Assembly: GCA_963675785.1 (NCBI GenBank)
Contig: OY776562.1
Location: 2,848,001 to 2,912,000 of the forward strand
Direction: 5' to 3'
Length of the DNA stretch: 64,000 nucleotides
DNA from: Anaerolineae bacterium
Lineage (GTDB): Bacteria; Chloroflexota; Anaerolineae; UBA1429
Positions 58,356-64,000 of this stretch are shown here, piece after piece. The notes below the pieces were generated by a model. It did not search any database and was not told the origin of the DNA. It worked only from the letters and a program-made list of their open reading frames with translations. A program made the position numbers and the translations under genes. The number at the start of each line of letters is the position of its first letter. Positions within the stretch are counted from its first letter, which is position 1.

Positions 58356-58757
58356 ATGAGTAGCCTTGTGAGATTCGATCCTTTTAGTGATGTGGGCGTT
58401 GCCCGCCTGGGCACGCGCGCGGCTTCTTCTCTTGGAGTAGCTCTGGATATGTACGAGATCTCGGACGGCATTGTGGTTGAAGTGGCCATCCCAGGCATTG
58501 ACCCCGACGACATAGAGATTTCTGTAGTCGGTGATGATCTTACTATCAAGGGCGAATTCAAGGAAGAATCCGACCAAGAGGGACGTCAGTACTTTGTGCG
58601 CTCGCGCCGTTTTGGTGAGTTTTCACGCATGATTTCGCTGCCTGCATATGTTGATGCTTCCAAGACCACAGCCAGCTATGATAAGGGCGTTCTCAAGTTG
58701 GACGTCCCCCGTCGTGAAGAAACCAAGCCACGTCAGATTCAAGTCAAGATCAAGTAG
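58356..58757 (+). CDS. Hsp20/alpha-crystallin small heat-shock protein
   Basis: LDMYE, PGID..DIEI, FGEFSR...LP, ASYDKGVL, IQV motif. Confidence 0.93.
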   Translation: MSSLVRFDPFSDVGVARLGTRAASSLGVALDMYEISDGIVVEVAIPGIDPDDIEISVVGDDLTIKGEFKEESDQEGRQYFVRSRRFGEFSRMISLPAYVDASKTTASYDKGVLKLDVPRREETKPRQIQVKIK

Positions 58758-58769
58758 GAGGAATTCAAC

Positions 58770-59219
58770 ATGTCTATGACACGTTGGGAACCATTTAGGG
58801 ATTTGATTACGCTTCGTGATGCCATGGATCGGATATTTGATGAGAACTATGTACGTCCGGGTGCTCGTTGGACAACTTCCCAGGGCGAGCAGTATTGCAG
58901 TTTGCCGATCGACATCTATACCACCGGGGAAGAGATTGTAATTCAGGCCTCAGTGCCTGGTCTCGATCCCGAAAAAGTGGACATCACACTAGAAGGTGAT
59001 ACGCTCACGATCAAGGGGGAGGTTGCAGGCCCTCTCGAGAATGTGAACTATGTGATTCAGGAAATGCCTTGTGGCAAGTTCCAGCGTACCTTGCGATTGA
59101 ACGTGCCCATCGAGGCAGAAAAGGCTGAGGCCAGCTTTGACAAGGGCGTTCTGACTCTGGTCGTTCCAAAGCAGGAAGAGATCCGGCCCAAGACCATCAA
59201 AGTGTCGACCAAGGAGTAA
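58770..59219 (+). CDS. Hsp20/alpha-crystallin small heat-shock protein
   Basis: RWEPFRDL, PIDIY, GKFQR, ASFDKGVL, IKV motif. Confidence 0.94.
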   Translation: MSMTRWEPFRDLITLRDAMDRIFDENYVRPGARWTTSQGEQYCSLPIDIYTTGEEIVIQASVPGLDPEKVDITLEGDTLTIKGEVAGPLENVNYVIQEMPCGKFQRTLRLNVPIEAEKAEASFDKGVLTLVVPKQEEIRPKTIKVSTKE

Positions 59220-59256
59220 CGACATTTTGATGTTTGACAAGAGAATAGCATATTGC

Positions 59257-59290
59257 AAGTTCCCGAGGCTGCTGTCTCGGGAACTTTTTT
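59257..59290. terminator. Intrinsic terminator after the hsp20 pair
   Basis: AAGTTCCCGAGGC-TGCT-GTCTCGGGAACTT-TTTT. Confidence 0.8.
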
Positions 59291-59795
59291 ACGAGTTTTG
59301 TTCAAATAGATAGGATCGAAGTGACTTTATTTGCCAGGTCATCGGGCCTGCTAACAACCCCTCTTTGGACATGATCTCTAGCTCACTTGGGGAAACCCAC
59401 TTGGCGGCAACTGTTTCTCCTTCTTGCAGAGCGAGATTTCCGATAGAGACATCTTTACGGACCAGATAGAGATCTACAAAAACGTCAAGACCCTTTTTGA
59501 CAGTCAGCAAGGTAAGATCGCATTGATTGATCGTGATTCCCGTTTCTTCTTGTAATTCGCGTACTGCGCCCTCTGTGCTGCTTTCTCCAGCGAGAACAGA
59601 ACCCCCAGTGTTTTCCCATGTGTTTGGCCAGGGCTCTTTGTACGGATCTCGTAGCGTTAGGAGAATCTGCTCCTCACTGTTAATTGTCCATATATTTACG
59701 ACGATGTGACGCTCGCCTTCCTTGAGCACAATTCCTCTGGGGTGTGTCCTATCGAGCGGATGCCTTTTCTCATCATATAAATCCCAAAATTCCAT
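59289..59795 (-). CDS. NUDIX hydrolase
   Basis: Nudix box GGSVLAGESSTEGAVRELQEETGI; start MEFWDLYD at 59795. Confidence 0.92.
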   Translation of the reverse strand: MEFWDLYDEKRHPLDRTHPRGIVLKEGERHIVVNIWTINSEEQILLTLRDPYKEPWPNTWENTGGSVLAGESSTEGAVRELQEETGITINQCDLTLLTVKKGLDVFVDLYLVRKDVSIGNLALQEGETVAAKWVSPSELEIMSKEGLLAGPMTWQIKSLRSYLFEQNS

Positions 59796-59898
59796 AGTTT
59801 GACCTCGTCTTGAGCCAGCACGTTGCCTGAGCATATCATTTCATAGGTCGAAAGGCTATTCTATCTGAGGCGCAGATGCTGTTACTTTGTATGGGCAT

Positions 59899-59932
59899 AA
59901 AAAAGGGGCAGGTGCATTTGCACCTGCCCCTT
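59899..59932 (-). terminator. groEL intrinsic terminator
   Basis: Minus strand AAGGGGCAGGTGCA-AA-TGCACCTGCCCC-TTTTTT. Confidence 0.85.
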
Positions 59933-59959
59933 GAGGAGGATCTTTGAGCTAATTGAGAA

Positions 59960-61926
<1,967 letters not shown>

Positions 61927-61956
61927 TTTGACTAACCTCCACTATTTTCTTCTATC

Positions 61957-61983
61957 TTAGCAGTCATGATAACCGAGTGCTAA
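61957..61983 (-). promoter_or_regulatory. CIRCE element (HrcA operator)
   Basis: Minus strand TTAGCACTC-N9-GACTGCTAA (1 mismatch); promoter TTGCCA-17-TATAGT at 62023-61995. Confidence 0.93.
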
Positions 61984-62120
61984 GCACAAGCGGTACTATA
62001 CACCAATGAGCGGAGTGTGGCAAATGGTTTTTTACAAGTGCTTTGACATTGTTGTTACGAGTCGGTAGAATCGTCGTGATATACAATGTGGAATAGATAA
62101 CAGTAACTTGACATAACGAA

Positions 62121-62136
62121 TGTTTAACGTGAAACA
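62121..62136. other. parS: parS centromere-like site
   Basis: TGTTTAACGTGAAACA, 15/16 match to the consensus TGTTTCACGTGAAACA; intergenic. Confidence 0.8.
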
Positions 62137-63048
62137 TTGAGAGTGATAAACATGGTAGATGGCTATCAGCCGCCGATCTGTGATTATGAAGGAAGTACCT
62201 ATCGTACCGACTTTTGGGAGGGGCAAGGTCGCGAATACGAGGATGGAGCTGAGCGTCGTGCTTTGGCTCGTCTTTTGCCTCCCTGTGGGAGGCGCCTTGT
62301 AGATATTGGTGCGGGTTTTGGGCGATTGGCTGACGCGTATGATGGCTATGACCATGTAATTTTGATGGATTACTCGCGTTCTCAGCTGGAATTTGCTCGT
62401 TCGCGGCTGGGTGATGAGCGCTTTACGTATGTGGCTGCGGATATCTACCGCTTGCCTTTAGCTGCCAATGCGGTAGATACGGCTGTTATGGTTCGAGTGC
62501 TGCATCATCTGGTAGATCCTGTGCGGGCTTTTTGTCACATTCATCGCATCGTTAGGCCCGCTGGCACTTTTGTGCTTGAGTATGCCAACAAACGCCATCT
62601 AAAGAACGTCGCGCGCTACGTTCTTGGTAAGGGAGTGAGCCCCTTTTCGCGCAATCCTTACGAGTTTGCGCCTTTGCATTATGATTATCATCCCCGTTGG
62701 GTGACCAATCGCCTTCGAGAAGCAGGTTTTGAGCCTGGGAAGAGGTTGGCTGTGTCGTCTTTGCGCGTGAATGCACTCAAGAACAACATCCCAACGGATG
62801 CATTGGTCGATGTGGATGCCTTTTTGCAACCCTTGCTGGCGCCTTGTGTCCCGAGTCCCAGTGTTTTTGTACGCAATAGAGTCCGCAAGGATGGGGATTT
62901 GGCACTGGCCCCCGCAGATCAGATTTTTGCCTGCCCTGAATGCGGCTATTCGCCGCTGATCAGGGAGGGTGATGAGATGGTTTGCCCAACCTGTTCCCGC
63001 CGTTACCGTATCGAAAACGGCGTCTATATCTTTAAAGAGCAGGAATAG
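62137..63048 (+). CDS. Class I SAM methyltransferase with C-terminal Trm112-like Zn domain
   Basis: VDIGAGFGR, VRVLHH, CPEC...CPTC.R.Y.IENGVY; start may be ATG 62152; promoter TTGACA-17-TAGAAT at 62043-62071. Confidence 0.85.
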   Translation: MRVINMVDGYQPPICDYEGSTYRTDFWEGQGREYEDGAERRALARLLPPCGRRLVDIGAGFGRLADAYDGYDHVILMDYSRSQLEFARSRLGDERFTYVAADIYRLPLAANAVDTAVMVRVLHHLVDPVRAFCHIHRIVRPAGTFVLEYANKRHLKNVARYVLGKGVSPFSRNPYEFAPLHYDYHPRWVTNRLREAGFEPGKRLAVSSLRVNALKNNIPTDALVDVDAFLQPLLAPCVPSPSVFVRNRVRKDGDLALAPADQIFACPECGYSPLIREGDEMVCPTCSRRYRIENGVYIFKEQE

Positions 63049-63118
63049 AAAACGATCCATTTCCTGATTTCGAATTTGCCCACTGAATCGCATTCAACCA
63101 GTTTTAGGAGGAAGGTCA

Positions 63119-64000
63119 ATGAAGGTCTCCTGCCTGCAAGAGAACCTGGCCCGTGGTCTCTCGATTGTCAGCAGGGCAGTGGCAACACGTAGCACGTTGC
63201 CAGTGCTGTCGAACATTATGCTTTCAACTGATGAGTCACGCTTAAAGCTGTCGGCTACCAATCTCGAAATTGGCATCAATTGCTGGATCGGAGCCAGGGT
63301 TGAGCAGCAGGGCGCCACGACGATTCCTGCTCGCATGTTGAGTGACTTTGTGAATTCGCTGCCGCCAGAACAGATTGATCTGGAGCTGATTACGCGCACG
63401 CAAACTGTCAATATCAAATGCGGGCGTTATGAGGCTAATATCAAGGGAATTGATGCCCAGGAATTCCCTTTGATTCTGGTGCCTGAAGAGGATCATCGCA
63501 TTCGTGTTGCGCCTGATGCTTTGCGCTCGGCAATTGATCAGGTCGCTTTTGCTGCTGCTACCGATGAGAGTCGCCCCGTATTGACCGGTGTTCTTGCCGA
63601 AGTGAGCAGTAAGGGGCTCTCCTTTGCTTCGGCTGACGGTTACCGTCTCTCTTTGAGCTCGATCGAGCTCAAAGATGAGCCCGAGTATCCGATTTCTGCC
63701 ATCATTCCGGCAAGGGCTCTTCAAGAACTGCGTCGCATTAGCGCTGAACAGACCGATATGATCGAGATGCTGGTGGCTCCCAGCCGTAATCAGGTTTTCT
63801 TCCACCTAAAGAATGTGGATCTTGTATCTCAGCTTATCGAGGGGCAATTCCCCGATTTTCGCCACACTATTCCCTCTGAGCATGCCACCCGGGTTGTGGC
63901 CAGCACGGCAGAATTGTTGCAAGCGACAAGGATGGCTTTTATCTTTGCACGAGAATCCGCAAATGTCGTACGGCTTCAGGTTGTCCCTGGTAGTGAATCT
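63119..64000 (+). CDS. dnaN: DNA polymerase III beta sliding clamp, partial (runs off the window)
   Basis: Not in the ORF track; manual translation MKVSCLQENLARGLSIVSRAVATRSTLPVLSNI...ATNLEIG...DESRPVLTGV...DGYRLS...LIEGQFPDF; RBS AGGAGG. Confidence 0.96.
   Translation, partial: MKVSCLQENLARGLSIVSRAVATRSTLPVLSNIMLSTDESRLKLSATNLEIGINCWIGARVEQQGATTIPARMLSDFVNSLPPEQIDLELITRTQTVNIKCGRYEANIKGIDAQEFPLILVPEEDHRIRVAPDALRSAIDQVAFAAATDESRPVLTGVLAEVSSKGLSFASADGYRLSLSSIELKDEPEYPISAIIPARALQELRRISAEQTDMIEMLVAPSRNQVFFHLKNVDLVSQLIEGQFPDFRHTIPSEHATRVVASTAELLQATRMAFIFARESANVVRLQVVPGSES

Noticed and set aside
63094-63805. Minus-strand ORFs of 107 and 187 aa
   Set aside because: Antisense to dnaN, which the ORF track missed because it runs off the window

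Overview
Core-genome, origin-proximal window of a bacterium, most likely Chloroflexota/Anaerolineae (inferred from protein style of DnaN, GroEL and PurL; not database-verified). It holds a probable oriC (about 4421-4870) with a DnaA-box cluster and a Bacillus-like DnaA-trio unwinding element but no adjacent dnaA, plus a near-perfect parS site (62121-62136) in front of a methyltransferase-dnaN pair. Gene blocks in order: exo-DinG, efp, pcm; yqeY-pgpH-dgkA-wzz-wzz-degenerate BY-kinase; fabD-fabG, fabF, MaoC; a YghO/ceramide-synthase-like GNAT, GT2, rsgA, DHS-like protein and HldA-like kinase; a beta-CASP RNase; a TPP-riboswitch operon (thiN, methyltransferase, ykoF, ThiXYZ-like ABC, DUF402 with an in-frame TGA, 2H phosphoesterase); an 11-gene purine operon with PAICS-type PurC, class II PurE and PurS-fused PurL; GH38; kdgK-eda; and a heat-shock supercluster (dnaJ-htrA-hspR-aeRF1-like-clpB-clpC, 2x hsp20, CIRCE-groESL). 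No rRNA, tRNA, CRISPR or mobile element was recognised. The best candidates for novelty are the aeRF1-like GGW protein inside the chaperone operon, the oriC-adjacent pseudo-kinase module, the extended TPP regulon, the bCerS-like/GT2 pair and the structured purine leader. All calls were made by eye from motifs; no searches were run.
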